IMG/VR virus record: IMGVR_UViG_3300017696_000015
Coordinates: 1-16,727 of that record
Strand: one strand, 5' to 3'
DNA: 16,727 nucleotides
Shown: in pieces, positions 1 to 8,281 of the stretch
How the letters are laid out: each line of letters starts with the position of its first letter
How positions within the stretch are numbered: position 1 is the stretch's first letter
Made by a program: the position numbers and the translations under genes
The notes under the pieces: generated by a model
What the model was told of the DNA's origin: nothing
What the model saw: the letters and a program-made list of their open reading frames with translations, nothing else
The model's database searches: none

Positions 1-162
1 TTGTCAAATTATAAAGAAGAAAGACTAAGATTGAGTTCTATAATTATTTATTTTGGATATGTTTTAGGTTCCCTTTTAGATGATGAGAAATCTCTTGAAA
101 TATTTCTATCAATTCTTGAGGCTGTATATGTCGTAAAAAAAATTAAAGAAGGAATTGAATAG
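1..162 (+). CDS. 3' end of a hypothetical protein (truncated by window edge)
   Basis: Frame 1 is open from base 1 to TAG at 160-162 (LSNYKEERLRLSS...KKIKEGIE*). A T-run follows, and it converges on the next gene. Confidence 0.6.
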   Translation: MSNYKEERLRLSSIIIYFGYVLGSLLDDEKSLEIFLSILEAVYVVKKIKEGIE

Positions 163-166
163 TTTT

Positions 167-445
167 TTATTCATTAATACATAACTTATATTTTCCATCT
201 TTATAGATAAAAATATAATAAGCATTTTTTATATAACGTTTTAAATCTTCTTCATTTAAAGTTAATCTTTTTATATATTCATCTTCTATTTTTTCCCATG
301 TCTTTTCATCTACATTTATGGCATATTCATCTACAATATCATCATCTGTTATAACACTTATGACGTCTAGATATAAATCGTAATTTCCTTCTTTTAAACA
401 TTCTAAATTCTCAATTTCTTTATCTATAATTACGATAAATGTCAT
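167..445 (-). CDS. Acidic hypothetical protein (~92 aa)
   Basis: ORF track 167..454. The ATG at 445 overlaps the TGA stop of the upstream acetyltransferase (ATGA coupling), so it is the likelier start. Confidence 0.7.
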   Translation of the reverse strand: MTFIVIIDKEIENLECLKEGNYDLYLDVISVITDDDIVDEYAINVDEKTWEKIEDEYIKRLTLNEEDLKRYIKNAYYIFIYKDGKYKLCINE

Positions 446-903
446 CTTAACCACTTCACAAAAATTGGATGACCAGTTCTATTTGTTTTCCCAACTTCTT
501 GAAATCCAGCTTTCTTGTACAAAGCGTTAGAATGGTCTGGAAATCCTAAAGTCCATAAAACCTCAAATCCATCATTCTTTAACTTCTGAGCTAAATCAAT
601 TAGAAAATTTACAGCATAATCTCCTGGAGCTGTTTTGGTAACTCTTCTAATAAAATAACTTCTGTCAAATGGAATTTTGTATTGTTGAGCTATATAACGA
701 AAAGGTGTGTTGTCGTGAAGCCAAGCTACAGCTACTATAAAATCTTCCTCACCGTCGTTAGCTATGTACATAAAATATCTAGAATTTTTTCCAGCTCCGC
801 CACCCATGGGCATTCCTTGAGAATGATAATAATTTATTAACATTCTAACAAATTTTATTAACTCTTTACTTTCTGCTTCCTCAATTCTGAATTTCAATTC
901 CAT
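442..903 (-). CDS. GNAT-family acetyltransferase (SIRV2 ORF154-like)
   Basis: C-terminal GNAT signature SNALYKKAGF. Divergent from the ORF488-like gene, as I recall for rudiviruses. ATG at 903 gives 153 aa and lies 18 nt after a TATA-TGTCAT promoter. Confidence 0.8.
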   Translation of the reverse strand: MELKFRIEEAESKELIKFVRMLINYYHSQGMPMGGGAGKNSRYFMYIANDGEEDFIVAVAWLHDNTPFRYIAQQYKIPFDRSYFIRRVTKTAPGDYAVNFLIDLAQKLKNDGFEVLWTLGFPDHSNALYKKAGFQEVGKTNRTGHPIFVKWLR

Positions 904-1037
904 ACATTTTGAAATCAAATTATGACAAATATATACTTATTGTGTAAAATATAATTAGGACAAATTGTAAAGCTAATATACATAATATTGTATATTAGAC
1001 TTGTATTTTATATTAACATTTTGAGAATATTTCAATT

Positions 1038-2438
1038 ATGGGAAGAAGAAAAGGAAATAGAAATATAGCGTCTATGAAATATCATCTGTATAATAAAGTC
1101 ATAAATAGAAAAAATTTCCCAGCTTTTTCTGTAATGTTTAACGCTGGAGTTGAATCCGTTCTTCCAACTCCTCTCGAGAATTTACAAATTCCGCCAGGCT
1201 TTAATACGAATTACGGAATTGCTTATGCTACAATTATTTCATCTTTACTTTCAGCGTTAAATAATCTAGCAATTTCTACGCTTAATCCGAATACAAATGT
1301 GCAAAGCTTTCTACAATTAGGACAAAGCCCGATATTTGGTCAAACTTCTGGAATTGATTTCGTTAATAAATCTACACAACTTTACGATTATTATGTAGAC
1401 CTTTGCAAAATTTTATATCAGCCAGCAGTATTTGATGAAACATATTTTGACCTCTCAGTTTTCCAGCCAGCTTTAACAATTGAAAATAGAAATGATGCAT
1501 GTAAAAAACTAGAGAAATATTTTGATAGTCTAACAACTTCAAACGTTTCTATAAATTTACAAAATCTAGGTTTTGGATATACAAATATTCCAAATGTAGA
1601 CAATTATTCACTTTCCAATATACAAAATACTGGAATTTCAGATTTATTGAATACTCTTAATTTGAATTTCAATAATCTTCCAGATTTAGCTAAATTTGTA
1701 ATCTCATTTATTCCTAACTTGAACAAGATAATAGATAACGGATTTGCTTTAGATGTCGGATGGTTAGACAGATGTGTTTTAGCCCCAGAAATTGAGGAAA
1801 GTTCAAATTACAAAGTTCAGCTTAAGAACGGCATGATTTTGCAAAACTTTGCAAATGTTTTCGGTATGATTTTAGACTATACTCCTCTAGATTTGGCAAT
1901 TCTAATTCCAGAATTTAATCCAAATGATGTAACTTTAGACAATTTAATCTCTATTTTGTCAGCTGATAAAACTGTAATTTCTATTTTCGGAAATCTATTC
2001 AAACTTCATTTGTATGACCCATCCCCAGGAGGAATAAATATAACTTATAGTTCAGAAATTGAAAATTATGCTGTTACATATCAACAATATCTTCATGTAC
2101 AGAAAGTTGTAAATAGAAAATATTCTAACGTTTGGTATGCAAAAATGATAGCCTCAGCAATCTTAGAAATTGCCAGATATCCATATCAGCAAAATTACAG
2201 TTATCAAACTGGAAAAAGGACACTTCCTTATAACGAATTTTTGAATTATTGGAAAACAAAATGGAGTTTTTACGGAATTTCAGATGAAGATTTACAATTT
2301 GCTCAAGAATATGGAGAAAAATTACAAGGACAGGCAAAAATAGAAAATTCCTTAAAATTAGCTCAAAAAAGTGTAAAAACTAAAGAATATAAACCAATTT
2401 TCTATTACAAAAACTTTAAAAATATAGCAAATAGATAG
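1038..2438 (+). CDS. Rudiviral minor structural protein (SIRV2 ORF488-like)
   Basis: 466-aa ORF with basic N-terminus MGRRKGNRNI, repeated FDETYFDL / LDVGWLDR / LDYTPLDL motifs, and matching size and synteny. Confidence 0.75.
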   Translation: MGRRKGNRNIASMKYHLYNKVINRKNFPAFSVMFNAGVESVLPTPLENLQIPPGFNTNYGIAYATIISSLLSALNNLAISTLNPNTNVQSFLQLGQSPIFGQTSGIDFVNKSTQLYDYYVDLCKILYQPAVFDETYFDLSVFQPALTIENRNDACKKLEKYFDSLTTSNVSINLQNLGFGYTNIPNVDNYSLSNIQNTGISDLLNTLNLNFNNLPDLAKFVISFIPNLNKIIDNGFALDVGWLDRCVLAPEIEESSNYKVQLKNGMILQNFANVFGMILDYTPLDLAILIPEFNPNDVTLDNLISILSADKTVISIFGNLFKLHLYDPSPGGINITYSSEIENYAVTYQQYLHVQKVVNRKYSNVWYAKMIASAILEIARYPYQQNYSYQTGKRTLPYNEFLNYWKTKWSFYGISDEDLQFAQEYGEKLQGQAKIENSLKLAQKSVKTKEYKPIFYYKNFKNIANR

Positions 2439-2451
2439 AAAAAGTGAGAAT

Positions 2452-2565
2452 ATGATAGTTAGAAAGAAAAAAGAATATAATAAAGACCCGAATACTTATA
2501 ATGGAAAATTTTTAGTTCATCCAAAATTAATAAAAAAGAAAATTTTGGAAATTTTAATTAACTAA
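2452..2565 (+). CDS. Small basic peptide, 37 aa (not in ORF track)
   Basis: Hand translation MIVRKKKEYNKDPNTYNGKFLVHPKLIKKKILEILIN*, with a GTGA SD-like element upstream. Confidence 0.4.
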   Translation: MIVRKKKEYNKDPNTYNGKFLVHPKLIKKKILEILIN

Positions 2566-2583
2566 ATTACAAAAGTGATAGTT

Positions 2584-2706
2584 ATGAGAATTGTGAAAAT
2601 TGGAGAAGATTATTTTCTTGAGATAAGGAGTAAGGAAGAATTAGAGAAATTAAAAGAGGATATACTTAGGGAAATTGAAGAGAAAGAAAAAAGAAAAACA
2701 AGTTAA
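2584..2706 (+). CDS. Small charged protein, 40 aa (not in ORF track)
   Basis: Hand translation MRIVKIGEDYFLEIRSKEELEKLKEDILREIEEKEKRKTS*. GTGA SD-like element upstream, purine-rich coding bias, T-runs downstream. Confidence 0.55.
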   Translation: MRIVKIGEDYFLEIRSKEELEKLKEDILREIEEKEKRKTS

Positions 2707-2815
2707 ATTTTTTAAATTTTTTACATAAACAATCAACAAAGCAATATTCATTATATTTTCAATATGGTATATTGGGATTGTATTTTTTTATTTAAGATTT
2801 AGTAAAAAAATAATC

Positions 2816-3184
2816 ATGACATATAAAGATGAATTTTCAAATATCTTCGGTCCCGTAAGAATTGCATTAGACAAGATTAGGGAACTAGAAGCTCGTGGTC
2901 AAATTTATGGATTATCTCGTTATTTACCTAATTCAATTATTGTTTTAAAAAATATACAATTTCCTATGATTGTAGATTTATATATTCCAGGATTTACATT
3001 TTATTTCCAGTTTTTGATAGTAAAAGATTCGAAAACAAACATGATGGAAATAGCAGATTTTCGCGTAGTTTATCCTCAGCCTTATGCAAAACAAGTGGAT
3101 TCTTTACAACAAAAATTCAAAGAAAAAGAAGATTTGAATTTAGATAATTTGGAAGATGAATTAGAGGGATTAGAAGATGAGTGA
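2816..3184 (+). CDS. Conserved rudiviral hypothetical protein (SIRV2 ORF110-like), acidic tail
   Basis: 122-aa ORF located downstream of the ORF488-like gene. Confidence 0.65.
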   Translation: MTYKDEFSNIFGPVRIALDKIRELEARGQIYGLSRYLPNSIIVLKNIQFPMIVDLYIPGFTFYFQFLIVKDSKTNMMEIADFRVVYPQPYAKQVDSLQQKFKEKEDLNLDNLEDELEGLEDE

Positions 3185-3398
3185 GGTCACTCTTATTCTT
3201 ACAATTTTTTCTACATTTATAACTACATTATTCGCAATTGTCCAACTTTATCTCAAAATCAAACAGGCTCTAAAAGATGCAGTTAGAGAAATTGTGAATT
3301 CCGAATTAGAAAATCTAAAAATTCAAATTGAGGAATTAAAAATGGCACAGAATGAACTTAGAAAAGAAATAGAAGAATTGAAAAAGAAATTAAGCTGA
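3177..3398 (+). CDS. Small membrane-anchored coiled-coil protein
   Basis: N-terminal hydrophobic helix (VTLILTIFSTFITTLFAIVQLYL) followed by a heptad-rich tail. Overlaps the upstream gene. Confidence 0.75.
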   Translation: MSEVTLILTIFSTFITTLFAIVQLYLKIKQALKDAVREIVNSELENLKIQIEELKMAQNELRKEIEELKKKLS

Positions 3399-3452
3399 AA
3401 TTTCAAAACATTTTATATTTGTCCTATTTTACTTTTTTATTTAAGAAGGGAT

Positions 3453-3653
3453 ATGGTGAAAGAAATAGACTTAATAAAAATCGAAATTCTTCTACAATTG
3501 CAATTAGGTCTAATTGAGGAAATTCATGATAATGAAAAATTTACAGAAGATGACGTGATGATAGCTCTAGAAATGATTAAAAATTTATCTGATGAAATTA
3601 GTAAAGATATATCTGTTTTGTTAAAACAAAATAAAGAAAACAAGAATAAATAA
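3453..3653 (+). CDS. Hypothetical helical protein, 66 aa
   Basis: ORF track. TTTATATTTGTC promoter at ~3412-3423 and AAGGGA upstream of the ATG. Confidence 0.7.
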   Translation: MVKEIDLIKIEILLQLQLGLIEEIHDNEKFTEDDVMIALEMIKNLSDEISKDISVLLKQNKENKNK

Positions 3654-3662
3654 AAAAGATAA

Positions 3663-3980
3663 TTATAATTTTTTAACTAAATCTCTTATCAAATTCTTAT
3701 CTGAATTTGTGAGCTTTAATTCTGAATCGTTTAGAATTTTTGTACTTCCCGCCTCTTTTACTAATATCGCTAAATCTCTATGCAATAATCGTGACCTATT
3801 TGGTCTAATGTGATAGAATTCCAAATGTATCGATAGTCTACCAGTTTTCATATTGCATATTGGACATCTGTAATTCTCAAAATGTTTTTCCATATGTCTC
3901 TTAAAACTTCTCTCATTTTCTAATTCTGTTTTGCAAATTGTACAATAAAATCTTTTTGGAATTCCTTTTATAGCTCCCAT
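3663..3980 (-). CDS. Double C2H2 zinc-finger protein (paralog 1, 105 aa)
   Basis: CTIC-x12-HMEKH and CPIC-x9-HLEFYH. Confidence 0.85.
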   Translation of the reverse strand: MGAIKGIPKRFYCTICKTELENERSFKRHMEKHFENYRCPICNMKTGRLSIHLEFYHIRPNRSRLLHRDLAILVKEAGSTKILNDSELKLTNSDKNLIRDLVKKL

Positions 3981-3998
3981 ATTTCATCACTTCCAAAA

Positions 3999-4316
3999 TC
4001 ATAATTTTTTCGAGAAATACCAAATCCTTTCTTTTTCATGTCTTTCTAATTTTATACCCAATTCATTTAAGATTTTTGTACTTCCAGCTTCCTTAACAAG
4101 TATTGCTAAATCTCTGTACAACAATCTTGAACCGTTTGGTTTAATATGGAAAAGTGTAATATGCTTAAACAAATCTCCAGTTGCAAATAGACATAAAGGA
4201 CATCTTATTTTATCGTAATGTTTTTTCATATGTCTCTTAAATTCTTTTGCACTTACAATTACTGTTTTACAGATTGGACAATAATATTCCTTTTTTGTAC
4301 CTTTACCTATTCCCAT
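3999..4316 (-). CDS. Double C2H2 zinc-finger protein (paralog 2, 105 aa)
   Basis: CPIC-x12-HMKKH and CPLC-x9-HITLFH. ATG at 4316 gives the same length as paralog 1 and follows a TTTATAAATGTCAT promoter. Confidence 0.85.
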   Translation of the reverse strand: MGIGKGTKKEYYCPICKTVIVSAKEFKRHMKKHYDKIRCPLCLFATGDLFKHITLFHIKPNGSRLLYRDLAILVKEAGSTKILNELGIKLERHEKERIWYFSKKL

Positions 4317-4370
4317 AAAATATATTATTTTATATGACATTTATAAATATCATTTTACTTTTCGATTTTT

Positions 4371-5378
4371 TTATTCCAGAAATCTTGTATATAGATTATT
4401 AATATCATATTTCTTTGCTAATTCTTTTAAATTCTTACTTCTTTCTTCTCTATCTTGTAATTCTATAGCTATTAATATCGCATTTATCATATCTTGAATA
4501 TCAAACTTGTGAATTCTCCATTTTTGACCTTGAGTTTTGTCATAATATTCCTCGACTTCTGAAGATTTTATCAAAAGATTCCACTGCCATGATGTAAATT
4601 CATCAAATGGGGGCATAAGTTGATGAATAATTGGAGTTCCCATAGCCATACTTTCTAATACTGGCATTCCAAAACCTTCTGTCCCAGACGGAACTATCAT
4701 ATAGTCCATAACTCTATAAAATGCAAAAATATATTCTCTAGGATTTAGCCCAAATTCGCTAACAAAATGTACATTTCCAGGAACTTCCAAATCTTTAAAT
4801 TGTTTATGGGAAATTACAAAAAAGTGAACTTTCTTAGCCAAATCTGGAGCTTTTGTATTTAATTCTTGAAAAACTTTTATCATTAAGTCCATATTTTTTC
4901 TCTTTGTCATTCCTGAAACTATTCCAAATTTCACAGTATTTGGGAAATCTCTTTCTAACTTTTGTTTGAGTTGTGGAGATAATTGTTCTGCTTTTTCTAC
5001 AACTTCAAAATTCACGCCATGAAAAACTGGCAAATCTGTTTCTAGTCCAACTTGTTGTAAATTTTGAGCTGAGAATTTAGAATTTGGAATAAATTTTATG
5101 TCTTTCAACAAATATTGATTTACGATATTTAGATTTGGAATTCCATCACATGTAGTATAGAAATATTTCTTCCCTTTGAATTGATGATAAGCTAGAAGAT
5201 ATGGATTTAATGACGGCGGATGAAATGGAACAAAAATTACAAGTTTTTCAGATTGTGGAATTTGATATGGATTTGTTACAACTGTCACATTTTCTCCATT
5301 TTTCCTCAAAACATAAGCTATATCTTCAGCTACATTTTTTATAGATGAATAATTCATAGTTAAAATTGTGGTTTTCAT
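4371..5378 (-). CDS. GT-B fold (GT4-like) glycosyltransferase, SIRV ORF335 homolog
   Basis: 335 aa with the E-x7-E motif in PSGTEGFGMPVLESMAMGTP. Located next to MCP. Confidence 0.92.
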   Translation of the reverse strand: MKTTILTMNYSSIKNVAEDIAYVLRKNGENVTVVTNPYQIPQSEKLVIFVPFHPPSLNPYLLAYHQFKGKKYFYTTCDGIPNLNIVNQYLLKDIKFIPNSKFSAQNLQQVGLETDLPVFHGVNFEVVEKAEQLSPQLKQKLERDFPNTVKFGIVSGMTKRKNMDLMIKVFQELNTKAPDLAKKVHFFVISHKQFKDLEVPGNVHFVSEFGLNPREYIFAFYRVMDYMIVPSGTEGFGMPVLESMAMGTPIIHQLMPPFDEFTSWQWNLLIKSSEVEEYYDKTQGQKWRIHKFDIQDMINAILIAIELQDREERSKNLKELAKKYDINNLYTRFLE

Positions 5379-5392
5379 AAAAGTTTTATAAT

Positions 5393-5402
5393 TGTCATGA
5401 CA
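5393..5402. promoter_or_regulatory. Palindromic TGTCATGACA shared by overlapping divergent TATA-GTC promoters
   Basis: Plus strand TTTTATAATTGTCAT and minus strand TTTTTTAATGTCAT, inside a 36-bp intergenic gap. Confidence 0.65.
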
Positions 5403-5414
5403 TTAAAAAATTCC

Positions 5415-5585
5415 ATGGGTCTGTTCTTATACGAATGCCCATACTGTAAAAAAATCTATAAAACAGTTGGCAGTATGAGAAGTCATTTAAGAAAATATCA
5501 CGGAATTTCTAGAATGGATAATGTAAAAAGAATTTCAACAAGAACTTTTGAATATATTGAAACAAAAACTGAAAATGACGATTAA
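5415..5585 (+). CDS. Small C2H2 zinc-finger protein (SIRV ORF55-like)
   Basis: YECPYCKKIY...LRKYH. ATG at 5415 is downstream of the promoter, whereas the track start at 5397 lies within it. Confidence 0.8.
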   Translation: MGLFLYECPYCKKIYKTVGSMRSHLRKYHGISRMDNVKRISTRTFEYIETKTENDD

Positions 5586-5649
5586 TTTTAAATTAATAAA
5601 TAGAAAAAAAGAAAAAAGAAAAATAGCTTATAAGGAAATCTATAGTTTT

Positions 5650-6054
5650 TTAGCTTACGTATCCGTTAGGAGACCCAGTTATTATATTAGTTACTGCATC
5701 TAGGATTTCTGGATTTGCATTAAACGCTGATATATAATATGCCTTTAATCCAGCTATCATATTTGTGAGGGCAGGTCCAGACCCTAATCTGTTTAAAGCT
5801 CTAGCAATCTTTAAACCATAACCCTGATAAATTGCCCTATTAGGTCCAGTTACACCGTATTCAGTTAATACTGCAGCAACTTGTTCATTCACACTGGTGA
5901 ACTTTGGAACGTTTGTCTGATAGTTTTCTTGGGCAATTGGAGCTACATTAGACAATATCGTGTTAGCGACAGTTGGATTTGAAAATGCTGTAAACTTTGC
6001 ATTCCATTTAGCAAACCTTTGGGAATAACTTCTTGGTGTATGCCCCTTCGCCAT
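5650..6054 (-). CDS. Rudivirus major capsid protein (ORF134)
   Basis: 134 aa, MAKGHTPRSYSQRFAKW...ITGSPNGYVS, recognisable as the SIRV/ARV coat protein. Confidence 0.97.
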   Translation of the reverse strand: MAKGHTPRSYSQRFAKWNAKFTAFSNPTVANTILSNVAPIAQENYQTNVPKFTSVNEQVAAVLTEYGVTGPNRAIYQGYGLKIARALNRLGSGPALTNMIAGLKAYYISAFNANPEILDAVTNIITGSPNGYVS

Positions 6055-6085
6055 TTCTCTTCAAATTACAATTTTTTTTCCTAAA

Positions 6086-6097
6086 TAATAAATTTTC
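6086..6097 (-). promoter_or_regulatory. BRE-TATA of MCP gene (GAAAATTTATTA)
   Basis: 32 nt upstream of the MCP ATG. The identical 12-mer precedes PVAP. Confidence 0.65.
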
Positions 6098-6148
6098 ACG
6101 TTCTATAGCAAATATAATGTATATTATTTGTTCAAATTGGAGAAAAAT

Positions 6149-6236
6149 TGAAAAACAAAGTAATATTCGTAATATAAGATATATTGCAATTTAGATTTGT
6201 CACGTCACTGAAAAACAAAGCAATATACATAATATT
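6149..6236 (+). repeat. Imperfect direct repeat with 60-bp period (TGAAAAACAAAGYAATATWCRTAATAT), each unit holding an AATAT-N5-ATATW palindrome
   Basis: Units at 6149-6175 and 6209-6235, with an inverted third core at 6111-6130. Confidence 0.75.
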
Positions 6237-6362
6237 ATGTATATAAGTTGTTAATGTAAAAAGTTTGATAATTAGAATAATTTCGAGAATATATAGACAT
6301 ATAATATATTATATCTAAAGTAATACAAAACTATAAAATTGACATATTGTGAAATTTAAACT

Positions 6363-6668
6363 ATGGAAAATTTGACAATTATTGAATGTAGAAAATATAC
6401 AGTTCAAATTTTTAAATGGCTTAAAAGTCGTTACTCTGATAACGTATACGATTTTCTAGTTCTAGAAGAAGATGACTTGATAACTATAAAAATCAAAATG
6501 AATGTATCGATAAAATTTTATGAAAAAAGAGGAATTGGAATTTTGAATTATATAGTTAAAACTTTCAAACGTCCAGAATATATAAAGATAAATTGGAGAT
6601 ATAATAGAAATATGTTTAATATTACCGTTTTTTGTGGTCAAAAAAGTCAAGATATAAATTTGTCATAA
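6363..6668 (+). CDS. Hypothetical protein, 101 aa
   Basis: ORF track. TATA-like CTATAAAA about 30 nt upstream. Confidence 0.7.
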   Translation: MENLTIIECRKYTVQIFKWLKSRYSDNVYDFLVLEEDDLITIKIKMNVSIKFYEKRGIGILNYIVKTFKRPEYIKINWRYNRNMFNITVFCGQKSQDINLS

Positions 6669-6692
6669 AACGAAAAATGAAAATGAGGTAAT

Positions 6693-6956
6693 ATGGGTAG
6701 ATTAGCTTTTAGATTATATATTTCTATAATGCTTTCAATTGCAATATTTAATTTACTTTATATATTTTCTGAAGGAATTTTGTCTAAAAATTTGCAAAAT
6801 ATAGTTTTATATTCCGTAATTATATCAATTTTTTTAGCAATATTTTTTACCTGGACAATAGATATGATAATCCATCAAGATATAAAAATTTATGAACTTG
6901 AATTAGAAATTGAAGATTTAAAAAGAAAAATAAATTTGTTAGATAATGAAGAATGA
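6693..6956 (+). CDS. Two-TM membrane protein with C-terminal coiled coil
   Basis: Two hydrophobic segments, then IYELELEIEDLKRK. GAGGT SD and TATAAATTTGTCAT promoter. Confidence 0.75.
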   Translation: MGRLAFRLYISIMLSIAIFNLLYIFSEGILSKNLQNIVLYSVIISIFLAIFFTWTIDMIIHQDIKIYELELEIEDLKRKINLLDNEE

Positions 6957-6968
6957 GTTTGATGAAAT

Positions 6969-7211
6969 ATGGATAGAGAATGTAGAGAAATAATAGTTTT
7001 CCTGATTTTTTTAGCTTTAATATTTTTAGCTTTAATAGTTATGTCATTAGGAATTATTACGAAAAATATAGAAATAGTTATAATATCAACATTTTTTGCA
7101 TCTGGAATTATTGCACTTTTGTATACTATAATTTATGACATTTTTACAGATATTTATGACGAAATTGATGAATTAAAAACAGAAATTGAAAGATTGAAAA
7201 GAAAACGGTAA
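6969..7211 (+). CDS. Two-TM membrane protein with C-terminal coiled coil (probable paralog)
   Basis: Same architecture as the preceding gene, with IYDEIDELKTEIERLKRK. Confidence 0.75.
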   Translation: MDRECREIIVFLIFLALIFLALIVMSLGIITKNIEIVIISTFFASGIIALLYTIIYDIFTDIYDEIDELKTEIERLKRKR

Positions 7212-7256
7212 ATAAAAATATATTTGTCATAAAACGTTTTTTCAAATTGACCAAAT

Positions 7257-7799
7257 ATGATTTTAAGCGATAGAGATTTAAAATATTATCTAGAAAAAGA
7301 ATGGATAAAAATAGTACCATTTGATGAAGAAATAGTTAGAGAAAACGGTGTAGACTTAAGAATTGGAAATCAATTTGCCAGACTAAAAAAGACAAACAAA
7401 GTTTTTGAACCAGGCGATAATATAGAAGATTTTTACGAAATTATAAATAAAAATGACATTATAGTTCAGCCACATGAACATCTCTTAATGACAACTGACG
7501 AATATATAGAATTACCAAATGACATTATGGCATTCGTGAACTTACGTTCTACATATGCTAGATTAGGAATTTCTATACCGCCAACAATTGTAGATGCTGG
7601 ATTTAAAGGTCAGCTTACGATAGAAATTGTAGGGTCAGAATTCCCAGTAAAACTTGAATCTGGACAGAGATTTTTACATCTAATTTTCGCTAAAACATTA
7701 TCTCCAGTAGAGAAACCGTATCATGGGAAATATCAAAAACAAAATAATGTAACTCTTCCAAAATTTGAAACATATAAAATTAAGAATTATATAAGTTAA
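7257..7799 (+). CDS. dcd: dUTPase / dCTP deaminase family protein
   Basis: [39 protein letters not shown] and PYHGKYQ motifs of the trimeric DCD/DUT family. Confidence 0.92.
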   Translation: MILSDRDLKYYLEKEWIKIVPFDEEIVRENGVDLRIGNQFARLKKTNKVFEPGDNIEDFYEIINKNDIIVQPHEHLLMTTDEYIELPNDIMAFVNLRSTYARLGISIPPTIVDAGFKGQLTIEIVGSEFPVKLESGQRFLHLIFAKTLSPVEKPYHGKYQKQNNVTLPKFETYKIKNYIS

Positions 7800-7836
7800 A
7801 AGAAAAAAGTTTAATAACTTAAAAAATATTTTTTTA

Positions 7837-8013
7837 TTACTGTGGAATTGTTTCTATTTTAATTTCTTTATCTTCATTATCTGACATATGTTTTTCTAGA
7901 TATTCTATAATTGCATTTCTAATGACATCTGACCTATAAAGTCCATTTTTTTCAGCATAACTGTCTAATTTGTTTAGAAGTTCTGGTTCAATTTTTACAC
8001 TTATTGGTCTCAC
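7837..8013 (-). CDS. Ribbon-helix-helix (CopG-like) regulator, 58 aa (not in ORF track)
   Basis: GTG start overlapping the svtR stop (GTGA). MRPISVKIEPELLNKLDSYAEKNGLYRSDVIRNAIIEYL is a textbook RHH pattern. Confidence 0.85.
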   Translation of the reverse strand: MRPISVKIEPELLNKLDSYAEKNGLYRSDVIRNAIIEYLEKHMSDNEDKEIKIETIPQ

Positions 8014-8183
8014 TTTACTCCTCTCTTCTGTAAATATTCTGTTATAGCTTGTTCTATAGCTTCTGTAATTGTTATATCTTGTTCAGCACAATATTTCTTT
8101 AGTTTGATTTTGAGATTTTTGTCCATATTTATTCCAAAAACTACCTTTTCAGATTTCGATTCAGTTTTTATTTTTTCCGTCAT
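8010..8183 (-). CDS. svtR: SvtR RHH transcriptional repressor (SIRV ORF56b homolog), 57 aa (not in ORF track)
   Basis: Hand translation MTEKIKTESKSEKVVFGINMDKNLKIKLKKYCAEQDITITEAIEQAITEYLQKRGVK matches the recalled SvtR pattern VFGIxMDKxLKxxLKxYCA...AIExAIxEYLQKR. Confidence 0.9.
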   Translation of the reverse strand: MTEKIKTESKSEKVVFGINMDKNLKIKLKKYCAEQDITITEAIEQAITEYLQKRGVK

Positions 8184-8240
8184 TTTTTATCAATTTATGT
8201 ATATTTATTATGACATATTTATATGTTTCGAATTTTTGCG

Positions 8241-8252
8241 GAAAATTTATTA
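8241..8252 (+). promoter_or_regulatory. BRE-TATA of PVAP gene (GAAAATTTATTA)
   Basis: 30 nt upstream of ATG 8282, identical to the MCP promoter 12-mer. Confidence 0.65.
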
Positions 8253-8281
8253 CTAAGCAATTTGTTCAATATAAAATTGAA

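Noticed and set aside
1418-2337. ORFs 1418..1603(-) and 2125..2337(-)
   Set aside because: Both are shadow ORFs: the first is antisense within the 466-aa gene, and the second also lies wholly opposite it. Neither has a promoter or motif.
6149-6236. Mini-CRISPR array (two repeats, 60-bp period)
   Set aside because: The units differ at 3 positions, lack the ATTGAAA(G/C) 3' end of Sulfolobales repeats, and recur singly elsewhere in both orientations. This fits a binding site better.
6462-6650. 62-aa minus-strand ORF
   Set aside because: Antisense shadow of 6363..6668, with the F/I/Y-rich composition typical of reverse-strand AT-rich DNA.
8210-8281. 24-aa N-terminal extension of PVAP in the ORF track
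   Set aside because: It spans the divergent promoters. ATG 8282 gives the canonical 98 aa.
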